Notes under the pieces: model-generated
The model's database searches: none
Seen by the model: only the letters and a program-made list of their open reading frames with translations
Told to the model about the DNA's origin: nothing
Position numbers and translations under genes: made by a program
In this document: positions 1 through 13,211 of the stretch, piece after piece
How positions within the stretch are numbered: position 1 is the stretch's first letter
Layout of the letters: every line of letters begins with the position of its first letter
Origin: Octopus sinensis
Taxonomy: Eukaryota
Direction: 5' to 3'
Length of the DNA: 64,000 bases
Assembly: GCF_006345805.1 (NCBI RefSeq)
Contig: NC_042999.1
Span: 110,484,001-110,548,000, forward strand

Positions 1-2492
1 TAGAGGGTATGCATGTCTGTGGAGTGCTCAGCCGCTTGCACATTAATTTCATGAGCAGGCTGTTTCATTGATCAGGTGAATTGGCACTCTCATCATCATC
101 AAACCGACAGATTCCAGTTTTAGAAATAGAAGCCAAATTACACACATATCGTTTCAGGAAAGTTCAAATTAAATAATGTGTTCATGAATTCCTTTTGCTC
201 AAGATAAAGATGAGATGGTCATGACTGGAATACCTTTGATCAAAGCGCTGTACAGCTAGGGTCTACCTAGGACTAAGCAACAACAACAATGCTAACATCT
301 TATAACTTCCTTTCTTACCAAACAAATATCTACACACAGACACACATGTGCATGCACACACATAGAGAAGCATAGCGAAGTTTAAAAAATAAATGTAAAC
401 TGTAGAAAGATAATTGCATATTTATATGTAGCAGGAAGAGTCAATATCCTAGATTGGTTATAACAATCTGCTATGGCTAGTAAAGAAAAACAAAACAAAA
501 TAAGAAAAACACACAAGCTGAAAGACAATACAACAAGAGGAACTACACTAATAACATTACCAATAATATTAATAGTAATATTAATGATGAAAGAATAAAA
601 ACAAAACCAGAAAAAGTAGATCCAACTGGTCGTGACATTAATTGCTTTATTATTGATTTTCCAGAAAATTCCAATTAGATGACCACTGAGTGGGAAGAAC
701 CATCTGTGATAAAAGAAAGATTGTAAAATCTCATCAGACTGGCTTTAGTCTTAGATAATGAGGTTAAGTCAAGCATTGATCTCTTTCTTCATATCTCTTT
801 TTCTCCCTTTCTTAGTATCCCTCCTTCATGTCACCCCCTCTCTCTCTCATCTTCCTGTCCATTCTCTTATTCTCTCCCTTTTATGTGGTTTTCTTTTCCC
901 TCTCCCTCCTTTGCTTGGTTTTGAGCAAGACTTTCATCCACTGTGTATGCCCTTGTTAAATACTCAAAACAAACTTTGAAAATTAATCTTCAGCATACAA
1001 AAGACAAGCAACAGAAGAGAAATCATTGTGAGTAGGTTACTTTTTCTACAGAATCTATCTAAATATACAGACAGAAGGGTTAACATTCACATTTCTTACC
1101 ATGCACTATTAGCAGTTACTCAAGATATTTCTTGAGTATTACTTAGACAACCTCAAAAAACATTCTGGGTTACCATTGTTTGTATTTCATATCTGAGCAA
1201 TGAATACAGTCCTGGATGTGTCCTGTTGATGGCTCATGCTGGTCAGCCACATGCTTCATGGTCATTTTGGATGAGGAAGTAGTTCATGGAAATGCGAACT
1301 GATTGGAACACTGCTTGGAGGTTTGCCCATATATTGACAAAGAATACATGCAGTGGTGTTCTGCAATGGCACATACCCCCGTATCTGACCTGACTTATAC
1401 AGCAAGAGAAGGACAGTTCCCATAATTCATTATATTTTCATAATCTATGAGAATTGGTGTGACGAAAAAAAACAAAAAAGCACAAGACATCCTCAAATTG
1501 GAAACCTAGTTCAAATGCACATAACAGTAAAGGCATCTAATGAACAAGTGTTGGTATTAAACACGTGAAAGGTTAAGTCTGTCCTGCAAGGTCTGCAAGA
1601 GGAGGGCTGAGGCTGATCTAGGGTGTCACATCAATATTAAAATAATCAGCAATAACAACCAAAGGGTAAGAACAACCATGGTAATAAAATTCAATAAAAT
1701 ATTTATAAAACAAAATGTTTGCTTTTTTTTAAGATCATACAAGATGTTCTATTATATTTTAAAATTCTTTTTGATAGCTTATCTGAGAATGAAAATCAGT
1801 GTCCATAATTCTTACAGTTACAGTATTACCACAGCCTCCATCACTACAGCTTCCACCACCAAGCCTCTTCTACCATAGCCTCCAGTACTATAACCTCCAG
1901 TCCACAGCTTCCATCACAACAGCCAGCCATTCAAGAATTTGGACCTGGAGATCTCCATTTCCAGCGACTTCAAGGGCCACCTCCCGGTGGTGTCAGGCGT
2001 CAATGAAGAGCCCTCGACTACAAGACAACCAAAGTTTTTTTTTCTTTCCAAGGTCTGGGGTCTCCCACCCTTAAGCCCAAGACAATCACCTAATCACCCT
2101 TACCCGTCTTGTTGCTTAACAACAACAATCACAACTGCCTTCACCATATCAGCCTCAAGCAATGCTACCACCACCACCACCACCACCACTGCTGCCGCTG
2201 GGGTGTGTAAGAAGAATTGGGTAAAATATCTAACATAGAATCTGTTGGAGATGAGCTTAAGACAGGAAAAGAAAGGCCTTGGCAGATGTAGAAACACGAA
2301 TTGAGTAATTCCATCATTATTTTTAGTCTTCTTGTTTTTTCTCTGTCTTCCATACTTTCTCTTTCATTACTATATTCAGGATGAAGTCAATAACTTGAAG
2401 ATATTACTTATAAATAATATAATCAATTGTCAGTCTCTTAGTCTGTATTGATGAAGTATAATGCATGAAGTAGAATTAGAATATTTTATTAG

Positions 2493-2594
2493 AAGCTGGA
2501 GCTTCTTCAGTCATAACATCAGAATTTCATGTTACTGATTATTCAAATGATTCAAGTGTCACAACAGTGGACCAATATATAAGCAAAAATATTG
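2493..2594 (+). CDS. Candidate internal coding exon A (102 bp, phase 1-1; EAGASSVITSEFHVTDYSNDSSVTTVDQYISKNI), host gene unknown
   Basis: Acceptor ttttattAG at 2491-2492 and donor GTAAGC at 2595. The frame is open, the length is divisible by 3, and a paralogous copy lies at 4888-4989. Confidence 0.45.
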
Positions 2595-2737
2595 GTAAGC
2601 ATATTGAAATATGAATATTCAACAGTACACTATGATATGATTAGTTACCAAAAATACTGTTAGAAAATGTATCGCACATTAGGGTATTTGCTTGTCAGAC
2701 AGAACACAAATATATTTTCATCTATGCATATGTTAAA

Positions 2738-2780
<43 letters not shown>

Positions 2781-3148
2781 CACGCACACACACACATGCA
2801 TGCAGACACACACACACAGACACACACACAAACATGTTTGATTCTGTCTGTCTGTCTATGTGTGTGTGTATATATATAAATTCTTTTATTGGCTCATATT
2901 TTTTTGTTCTTTTACTTGTTTCAGTCATTTCACTGTGGTCATGCTGGAGCAGTGCCTTAAAGATTGTTTTTCTAGTCAATGAAATTGACCCCAAGACTTA
3001 TTGTTTCTAAGCCTAGTACTTATTGTATCAGTCCCTTTTACCAAACCACTATGGGGATGCAAACATACCAATAGCGGTTGTCAAGCAATTGTAGTGGGTG
3101 GGGGGTGAACATAGACACAAAGATGCACATAAATACATACATATATAC

Positions 3149-3194
<46 letters not shown>

Positions 3195-3758
3195 GCTTCT
3201 TTCAGTTTCCATCTACCAAATCCACACACAAGGCTTTGGTTGGACTAAGTCTACAGAAGAAAGCACTTGCCCATGGTGCCATGCAGTGGGACTGAAAATG
3301 GAACCATATGGTTGGGAAGCAAGCTTCTTACCACACAGCCACACCTGCTCCATGTAAATCACATGTTGAAGCTTCTTCAATTGTAATGCTGAGCTGAGCT
3401 GAAGTTGTACATAAAATGTAGCTGCTTCCGTGGTCAATATGAATAGAAGAAACTTTTGTAATACAAAGAAGTGAAATTCTTGAATTCCATGTAAATGTAA
3501 CAACCCTAATATCTGTTCCTCTCAACATTAGATCTTTCTAAAACATCAGTTTATGAGACCTGCATCTACCTTGCATATAGCAACAAGACAAAATAAGTTT
3601 ATGGGGGCTTACTGAGAATTCATTAAAATCTATATCATTACACGTATATATAAATTCAGAACTCAGAGAGAGATGTATTAATACTTTATTCTCCAGGTAT
3701 ATCTGGAATTTAAAGAATGACACTGTTTACAACCATAAAATTAACTGGTTCATTATAG

Positions 3759-3788
3759 AACAAGTATCTTTCAACATTAATGATTCCA
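3759..3788 (+). CDS. Candidate 30-bp phase 1-1 micro-exon (EQVSFNINDS)
   Basis: Acceptor ttcattatAG and donor GTAGGT. It splices in frame between candidate exons A and B, but could be a chance match. Confidence 0.2.
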
Positions 3789-4280
3789 GTAGGTGAGATC
3801 TATGTTCCTTGAAGTATTATAACATTCTATTACAAATGATGCAATTTTGAACAGAAAACGTTTCCAGCATAAAGAATTTGCTATGCCTTATAAATGATCA
3901 TAAAGACTAAAATTTCTTTAATAATAACCACTTTTCTTGCTTATGCATGATTTATAACTTCTAAAGTCAAGAAAGAATTCAATCATCTTTGAAGGTATGT
4001 CTAGCCATTGCACTGGTCATGTTCTAAGGACTAAGGAAAAATATCAGCTTGCCTTGAAGCAGGTGAGGATTGTCAATAGAGGAGAACCAGTCATAGAAAA
4101 TCTGCCTCTTTGAATTCTGTCTGATCAATGCAAGAAAAGGAAGTGGACACTAGAATGATGTTGCTGCTGCTGATATTGATGTTAATGACAATGATGACCA
4201 CAATGATGAGGGTGATGAGGATGATGAAGGCAACTATATATATAGATAAATAGATACATACATTATTTATTTCATTTATG

Positions 4281-4563
4281 TACCCTTTTCATGGGCCCAT
4301 TTTCCCGGTTTCTGTGGCATATATTCCCCCCAGCTGGACGGGACGTTAGTCCATTGCAGTGTTACCCAAGAAACTGGAAGAAAGAGTGAGAGAAAGTTGG
4401 GGTGAAAGAGTACAACAGGGGTCGCCATCACCCCCTGCTGGAGCCTTGTGAAGCTTTAGGTGATTTAGCTCAATAAACACACACAACGCCAGGTCTGGGA
4501 ATCAAAACCAAGATCCTCCGACCGTGAGTCCACTGCCCTAACCACTGGGCCATTGCGCCTCCA
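4281..4563 (-). mobile_element. tRNA-derived SINE
   Basis: Reverse complement of the family at 51787-52085, with a head GGAGGCGCAATGGCCCAGTGGTTAGGGCAGTGGAC carrying tRNA box A/B-like motifs. Confidence 0.8.
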
Positions 4564-4572
4564 ACATACATG

Positions 4573-4612
<40 letters not shown>

Positions 4613-4887
4613 ATATATATACTCACATATAAATAAATACATATACATACACATACACATATACGTATGTATGCTGATACATATATATATGCATATATAT
4701 CAAACTATATATTACATAGTTTAAAAAGAATTAATGTCTGGTACAATTTTCCTTAGTGTATGAATATTGATGTTAGAAATTATCTGAAAGCAGGTACAAT
4801 CTCGGAGAACAGTTTCAGTGCAGAGGCAAATATATGTCATTTGCTGGAATCATCTGCAAGTATTTCTCATTGTATTATATTTATTAG

Positions 4888-4989
4888 AAACTAAATCTTC
4901 TTCAATCATGACACTAAAGTTTCATGCCACTGATTATTCAAATGATTCATGTGTGACAGTTATGTACCAATATATAAGTGAAAATATTT
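4888..4989 (+). CDS. Candidate internal coding exon B (102 bp, phase 1-1; ETKSSSIMTLKFHATDYSNDSCVTVMYQYISENI), paralog of exon A
   Basis: Acceptor tatttattAG at 4886-4887 and donor GTAAAC at 4990. It aligns without indels to 2493-2594 (about 22 differences in 102 nt, counted by hand). Confidence 0.4.
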
Positions 4990-6089
4990 GTAAACATATT
5001 GAAATATGAATATACAACAGTACATTGTGATATGATTAGTTACCAATCATGTTATGTGTACGTTCTCATAATATATTTCTAACTTCTATTCAGTTTCTCT
5101 AGTTTAGTTCTCAGTTTTTGTTGTCACATTTCATGCATGCTTTTTAAGAATATTTCATTCCACTGAAAAGTCACAATTCATTGTTTAAGCTCAGATATAA
5201 AAGCTTTGTTTTGCTAATGTTTGTCATCTTTTGTAAAAATATTGCCTTATCATGCATGTTATATATGAAACAGAAAATAATTTATCTAATGAAATATTTC
5301 TTTTCATTTCACTGCAATAAAAAAATTAATAATACAATAAAAAAATATAACAGGTTTGCTTTCCCAGGAGGTACTACATCTATTTACTGTACAGCTTATA
5401 CATTTAAGATAACATTAATCTGTGACTCATCAAAAGGATAGTATTCTTAGGCTGCTATTTCTGACAATTTCAGTAGCCTTATAGAGAAACTCAGTGTTCC
5501 AATCTGTAACTTCTGTTAAAGTTTCCACTTAATTGGATTTCAAAAATATAACAATAATTGGTTCTATGAAATTATATTTTGTATGTTTTCTCAGAAATTA
5601 AGGCTTATAGAATTTACATCTGCGATTGTTTCTTTGCCCATATACAAATTTCAATATTTTTACATTTATTGGAAGTATTGTTTCACTTTCTGAAATCTAA
5701 AACTTTCACTTCCAATTTCTCATTGTTATATGTGGTGAAAACATGCATTGCTACATTGTTAGAAACACCAGTCAAACAACACCTGAGTAGTGACAGACAA
5801 ATATAATTCTGCATATACCCTAAATACACATTTTGTTGCCAGCTGAAATGTATTTATTTTACATTTATTGATACGTCTTTTTTCAATTTATGAAATTTTA
5901 AAATGCTGTTCTTTCAGTTTACATTTCATAATGCCAAGGAAAAAAAAAAGAAATGAAATATAATAACTTGAAGAGAAGATGTATTTCAGTGGAGTGAAAT
6001 TCCTACTAAAACGTTGCTTTTGAATTAAAAAAATATTCTTTTTGTGGATAGTGGACAGTTTCAATAATTCTTCTTTTGTGAAGAATAAA

Positions 6090-6810
6090 AAATTCAGGTG
6101 AAAATTTTATACTCCATGTAGGCAACGTAGAAGAAGCAAATAATGGAAATGTTATCCCACAGGGATGTAACATTGTTCATGATTTCAACGACTGATTTCC
6201 TTAGATTTTAATAGAAATGTCACTGAAAAATGCTTTGCAAAGATCCAGAAAAATTTTCAAAAATTGCTGTTTTAGCACCAAAAAACTTTGATGCTGACCT
6301 CATCAATGAGGAAATACTTAACTATTTCCAGGAAATATAAAGGTTCTGTGTAATCCTGATCAATGTTCACATCAGGATGACCTTTGAAAATTCGCTACAA
6401 TTTATTTAAATACATTAACTATTTCATTAAATGCATTAACCTCACACATTAAATTAAAGACTAATGCAATAATTATCCCCCTACATGTAACTGATGAAGC
6501 TAATGGCATGTATAATGACACATGTTTAATTATCCAAATTATTTCAGCAAAATTTAAAATTTGATATGGAAAAAAATATAGCTGAAGGCCAACGTCAAAG
6601 AAAAACCATGTTTAATCCAAGAGTCACTCTTTCTTCAGTTGGTGAAGATTTAACATTCACATTTATCAGACAATAATTTCCTATTGAATTAACAATGACA
6701 ATTAATAAATCATAAGGGTAAACATTTGAGAAGATTGCTTTATATTTATCAATAAAAAGAAAAGAAAAAAGTATAGGTAACTATATATTGCCTTATCCAG
6801 AGTATCCACA
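6090..6810 (+). pseudogene. Decayed Helitron Pif1-like helicase fragment
   Basis: Interrupted translation gives KIAVLAPKNFDADLINEEIL, HIKLKTNAII, FNPRVTL, RQ*FPIELTMTINKS*G*TFEKIALYL and LYIALSRV. These match Helitron helicase motifs (AILAPKN; RRQFP..AMTINKSQGQT; LYVALSRV). Confidence 0.85.
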
Positions 6811-6946
6811 GGGCTTCCAGGGTTGTATAGGAATACAAATAGGAATATAAAATATAATGACGTCAAAGCATAACAATCTCCAAAATACTGTGCTCACTCT
6901 AGTATGAGTGCATATGTGAATACATGAGTGTATGTATGTGTGTATG

Positions 6947-6980
<34 letters not shown>

Positions 6981-6982
6981 TA

Positions 6983-7081
<99 letters not shown>

Positions 7082-7753
7082 GTATATACGCATAACAACA
7101 ATATAGGAAAAATTCATAAAACAGCAGCATCCAGAAATTATATATTTTAAAAATTTCTGGAACATTAGAGCTTCAAATGAACAAACAACAATAGTGTGCA
7201 TGTACAGAGTAAAAAATCAACGAAGACAAAGATTAAAGTCTGTTAGGCCAAGATGCATTGTAATAGGTTATATCCGGAGAAAATTTGAAAGAATATAGAA
7301 TAAATACAAGAGAAGAAAATAGTAGAAGAGAAAAAAGAGAGAAAAATGTTGGGAGGCGAGAAAAAAATGATGTCCAGAGAAAAAAATGATGCGCATCATG
7401 TCAGAAAAGATAGAGGTGAGAAAAATGTAGTCATGTGGCAACAAGCAGGCAGAGGAGAAAAGGGAGACAAGAGAGAGGGTAGACCCTCTGCAAAACCTCA
7501 AATTTTACTTAATTTGCTTTGCGGGAACAACTGCTTTATCGAAGGCGTTTCTTGTCCTGTAATGCTTGAAATACAGATTAGAAAAACAGCCAACAACTGA
7601 TGAAGGGTCATTCTTTATGTTGCACATCTTGTTTTCCATTCGTTTCCTTTTGATGTTTGCAAAAATGTTCATATTCCATGTATTTGTATTTCGTATTCCA
7701 TATTTTTGTATTTTCTGTTGTTTACATTCTGTGATGTCCTGTGCCCACATATG

Positions 7754-7798
<45 letters not shown>

Positions 7799-7859
7799 GT
7801 AACTATATACATATGCATATATATATTATTTATGTATATATATATATATATGACAATGA

Positions 7860-8112
7860 TAACTGGCACTCCACTGCTTACAATGATAAGGGTTCCAGTT
7901 GGTCCGATAAATGTACCCCTTCACATACTCCTCAGGGAAATTCAGTGTGACAAGGCTAGCCCCTGAAATACAGGTACTCCTTTAATTTTGCCAGGTGAGT
8001 GGATTGGAGCAACGTGAAATAAAGTGTCTTGCTCAAGGATACAGCATGCTGCTGGGAATGGAACTTGTGACCCTATGATCACAAACCGAATACCCTAACC
8101 ACTAAACCATGC
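7860..8112 (-). mobile_element. tRNA-derived SINE (TTGAGCAAGACACTT core family)
   Basis: The minus strand reads TTTAGTGGTTAGGGTATTCGG...TTGAGCAAGACACTTTATTTCACGTTGCTCC, shared with many copies in the window. Confidence 0.8.
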
Positions 8113-8629
8113 TCATTCACACACACACATGCATACACATGTTCATGCATGCATACATACATACATACATACATACATACATACATACATACATACATAC
8201 ATACATGCATACATACATACATACGCACACACATGCACACACACACACAAACAGGCACATTTATATGCATGAGTATTTAATAGACACATTCACACATAAC
8301 CATGCAAAAATAGCCTATATAATAATTGCCATATGTCATAGGTACTGCTATAAAATCCCTCTCTTACATCTTCCACTGCTAACCCCACAACCAGCACCAG
8401 CACTAGCACCACCGCCATCGCCATCCCCCACCCTCCACCGCGACCCCCACCCTCACCACTACCACCACTTCCCTATTTGATAAGCAGAATTACAACCTTG
8501 TAGATGTTTTGTGGGATGGGGGAAAGATATTTATGGTTTGTCAAAAAACAATTTTATCTGAATTAGTATAAAAGGTAGCAAGTGCAAAGCTAATATTAGT
8601 AAACAGTACTCAAAACAGACACAGACACA

Positions 8630-8684
<55 letters not shown>

Positions 8685-9374
8685 GCATACACACACACTT
8701 AAACAGCCGTATAATGTACAGTATACATATGTATATAAATAGATGTCTATAAGTAAAGTGTGTTTGTGTTTACTTTTGTACATATTTAAAATGTAATGTT
8801 TGTAAACAAAACTTGAAAGTGAAAAACTATTAACTTGCTCCCTGAAGGGATTCATAGCGGATGTGATTGCTTGACCAGGCAATCTATAAAAATCTGTATA
8901 CATTATACATAAACATTCATGCACATGTGTATTCTCTCTCTCTCTCGTGCGCACACACACACGCACATATACACACACACGCATGCATGCACACGCAAAT
9001 ACATACACACACACAAACACACACACACACACACACACACACAGGTAGCACTCCAGAAAATTGCTCTTGAAATTGACTCAGGACAATGCCTGTACAGCTA
9101 TTAAATGTGAACATTTCTTTGGTCATTTCAGTCTAAGAAAGTGATGACGGATGGATTTCCATCATTTTCCATCATCTTCAAATTGTGTGCTCCAAAGCTA
9201 ATTTTTCAGTCTCTGTCTCTACACAGAGATCTAGTCCAATTGATAAAAACAAGCAATATTGTAACTCATTTCCAAGGAGGATGCTTTCTATGCTGCCGAC
9301 AAAATTTAACCTACTTACGTAATTTTTAATATCATCAACATGAAATTGTGAAGGCAATGACCTAGTGTTTGGGG

Positions 9375-10076
9375 CAGTGTTTCTCAACCTTTTTACCCTT
9401 GCATAACCCTTAAAATAAATTACATGTCTCAAGGAACCCCTGCACAAAAAAAAATTATATACCATATCTATCTCATATTTTTCCATTGTAGCTCATGTAA
9501 TAAATATCATACACACACACATATATATATATAGATATATATATATATGGTTGTTATGAGGAGGCATGTGGCTTAGTGGTTAGGGTGTCAGCATCATGAA
9601 TGTAAGATTGTGGTTTTGATTCCTGGATCAGGCAAAGCATGTTCTTGAGCAAAACACTTCATTTCACATTACTCCAGTCCACTCAGCTGGCAAAAATGAG
9701 TAACGCTGTGATGGACTGATGTCCCATCCAGATGGGGAACACATACACCATTGAAACTGGGAAACTGGGCCCATGAGCCTGGATAGGCTTTAAAAGGGTG
9801 CGTTTATTTATTATTATATGGTTGTTATATTTTTTGATAACATAATAGGTTAGATAGGATGATGTCTATATTGTAATATTAGAATAACCAATAATATGTT
9901 GTGCTTTTAGATGGCACCATATATATATAATAGCTATAATTATATATCATTTGTATAATATTATATACTCTATTTAAAGTGACTAAACCTAAATTGTCAT
10001 TAGCTTATCTCACGGAACTCCTAGGAACCTTTTGTGGAACTCTAAGGTTCCAAGGAATCCCAGTTGAGAAATGCTG
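9375..10076. mobile_element. hAT-type MITE (CAGTGTTTCTCAAC...GTTGAGAAATGCTG) inserted in a SINE head and carrying a nested SINE
   Basis: Terminal inverted repeats are present, with a degenerate 8-bp TSD (gtttgggg / ggttaggg, 6/8). The flanks rejoin into a SINE head. Confidence 0.7.
9558..9814 (+). mobile_element. tRNA-derived SINE with 14-bp TSD
   Basis: Head GGCATGTGGCTTAGTGGTTAGGG and core TTGAGCAAAACACTT. The TSD tatatggttgttat occurs at 9544-9557 and 9815-9828. Confidence 0.85.
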
Positions 10077-10499
10077 GGTTAGGGTGTTGGACTCATGATC
10101 ATTGGATTGTGGGTTTGTTTCCCAGATCTGGTGATGCATTATGTTCTTCAGCAAAATACTTCATTTCACATTGCTCCAGTCCCCCTTTTAAATGTTGGCC
10201 AGCCTGCTAACATCTGTGGGGTTTGCATCATTACTTAAGGTGGCAAGCAACCAGAATCATTACCTTGCCAGGTGAGATGCTTAGCAGCATTTCATCTCTC
10301 TTGATGCTCTGGGTTCAAATTCCACTTTGCCCTTCATCCTTTTGGAGTTGATAAAATAAGTACCAATTGAGCATTAATTTAATTGACTTGGTCCCTTCCC
10401 CAAAACTGCTAGCCTGGTGTGAATATTTGAAACCAATATTACAAATGTGAAAGAAACAATCCTAAACTACTATCTCATTGCTTCAATGAAATGACAAAG

Positions 10500-10820
10500 A
10501 TAGGTGCATGGCTCAGTGTTTAGAGCATCGGGTTTATAATCATGTGATAGTGAGTTTGATTCCTGGACCAGGCTGTGTTGTGCTCTTGAGCAAAACACTT
10601 TATTTCACATTGCTCCAGTTCATTCAGCTGTAGAAATAAGTTGTGACATCACTGGTGCTAAGCTCTATCGGGTCTTGCCTTTCCTTTGGTGTGAAGAAGG
10701 GAGACTGGTATGCATGGGCGACTGCTGGTCTTCTGTAAACAACCTTGCCTGAACTTGTGCCTTGGTGGGAAACATTCTAGGTGTAGCCCTATGATCATTC
10801 ATCACTAAAGGGGGTCTTAT
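10500..10820 (+). mobile_element. tRNA-derived SINE
   Basis: Same head and core as 9558-9814. A closely related body lies at 22940-23275. Confidence 0.8.
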
Positions 10821-10899
10821 ATTATGATTACAGGAGAATCAGTTCTGGATATATGAATTCCGACATCATACACCAGTGACATGAAACTCTTGAGAACTT

Positions 10900-11110
10900 T
10901 GGTAAATGCATGACATACTTCAACTCACCATACTTTTCTTGCTTTCATTAATGACTGGATGCAGTTAGTTTGACCAACATATAATCTTCTTCAGTTGCAG
11001 CACAGAGACATCATCTGTACACAGCTTAGATAACTAACACCAGACAAGGGAACTCTCCTGTGAACATCAACATTGAAAGCATCTTCCAATGGGGACAGAA
11101 TAACGTGAAT
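10900..11110 (-). pseudogene. Possible highly decayed RTE-clade RT fragment
   Basis: Interrupted minus-strand translation gives AFNVDV, KLCTDDVSVL and INESKKSMV, loosely matching the F.V.VGV / LLYADD / VN..KTKVM order. Confidence 0.3.
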
Positions 11111-11494
11111 TGAAAATGCTAGAAATATAAGCATGACAATCTTATCCCTGATGTTCTCTTAAGTTTAGATTACATAAAAATCTTTGCCAAAAGTCAAAAC
11201 TGCATTCCAAATACTTTGTTTTCTTCTCAGAGTCAGAAAATACTTTAAAAATTATCAATTGTTGCTTCTTCATGAAAGCTCAAGCACAACTTGTATTAAA
11301 GTACTTCTGGCATATCTGTAATATTAGTATTGCTACTACACATATATAAAAGATAGACCTTGTAATACATCCAAAAGAAAATAAGTATTTGACTAATTGA
11401 CAAAGAACCATGAACACACAACTATAACCACTACTCCACAGACACTCTGTGTCTTCTTTCAGACATTACTACTACTACAACTACTACTACTACA

Positions 11495-11532
<38 letters not shown>

Positions 11533-11588
11533 CTCTCTTCTCTGAAATAGTAAACTGCATACCACCAGACAACCAGATGCAGTTATCT

Positions 11589-11646
<58 letters not shown>

Positions 11647-12469
11647 AATGAAATAGTAAACTGTATACCACCAGACAACCAGATGCAGTTATCTCTCCTC
11701 TTAAATTTATAGACCCTCACACAAGACACTTTCCAAATTATTCCTTCACAGAGCCATAAAACTCTGGAATTATATTCTTAATGACATTTTAACCTACAGC
11801 ACAACTTCTTAATGTAAACTGAACATCAAACACATTAATTTCAGCAGAACTGGAAGGCACACAAAGGTCAAAGTGTCATCCTATCTCCTCTGATTAATTA
11901 ACACACACTTCTCTATTGGATACCTTTGAATTCTCGCAGCAATTATTTTATAATCATTTTCCGATTGTTGAGTGCCCTTATCATGTTATGAACATTAATT
12001 TTATAACAACTGAGGAATCCTATTAGCATGTGTTTATGGCTATTACATTTTGTGTTATTGTTTACTTTAAGGGGGTCAAATGTTGTCTAGTAAGATATTC
12101 TTGTAAATCTCATAGTAAATGCAGCATTTCACCTTGAAAAGAATGAAACTCTCTCTTCTGGTTATTTATGAATAACTGTGTGTGTGTGCACGTGCAAATA
12201 TATATTTATATTATATGTTATTTAGAGATAGAAGTCCCCATGCAAAACATCAAATCCTAATATACATCATACCATATAAAAGAATTTTATTTTAATATTT
12301 ACTAATCATTTTTAAATGATTAGTAAGTATTAAAATACTTCTATCTCTAAATAACATATATTTCCTTATTGAGAATAATTCATTTTATTTGAATCCCTGT
12401 GATGCTGGAATTTTTATTCCCTAACAAATAAGTAATCTAATATATATATATTATATATATATATTCACC

Positions 12470-12650
12470 AAGATTGATCGCTAGCCACTAAATCTTTTTT
12501 ATTTTCTTTTTCTGCTTATTTCTGTGTTCCTTTCTGTTGAAGAGTGTAGGCTCGAAACATAAAAGACTTTCTCATTTCCCAAGCATTAAACTAATACATC
12601 TGTTTGTTGTTTACACACCTGTCTTCATCTTTTGTTTTTGTTTTTTGTAA
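12470..12650 (+). repeat. Penelope-like terminal-repeat-type dispersed repeat
   Basis: CTGTTGAAGAGTGTAGGCTCGAAAC motif, of the kind seen at Penelope-like element ends. Confidence 0.35.
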
Positions 12651-12939
12651 ATTCTAACTATATATATATATATATATATCACCATCATCATCCTCATTTA
12701 ACATCTGTTTTCCATGCTGGCATAAGTTGGACTGTTTGACAAGAGCTGGTCAGCTGAAGAGCTGCCTGGGTCCCATGTCTGTTTTGGCATGGTTTCTACA
12801 GCTGGATGCCATTCCTAACACCAACTACTTCACAGAGTGCATTGGGTACTTTTATGCAAAATGAGCATGGATGCTTTTAGGTGGCACCATATATATACAC
12901 ACACACATATATACATATATATACATATGCATATATATG

Positions 12940-13030
<91 letters not shown>

Positions 13031-13175
13031 CATATATATATATACATATATACATATATATATACATATATATATTCATATATATATATATATATATATA
13101 CAGATACATATATATATTATATATATATATATACACACATATATATATATTATATATATATATATACACAACCAT

Positions 13176-13210
<35 letters not shown>

Positions 13211-13211
<1 letters not shown>

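Noticed and set aside
994-1027. 34-bp exon-like segment with GTGAGT donor
   Set aside because: Splicing it to 2493 in the compatible phase creates TAA, and there is no other support.
1200-1410. Possible mariner-like HPPY motif (LQWHIPPYLT)
   Set aside because: The similarity is too weak and there are no TIRs or other DD34D motifs.
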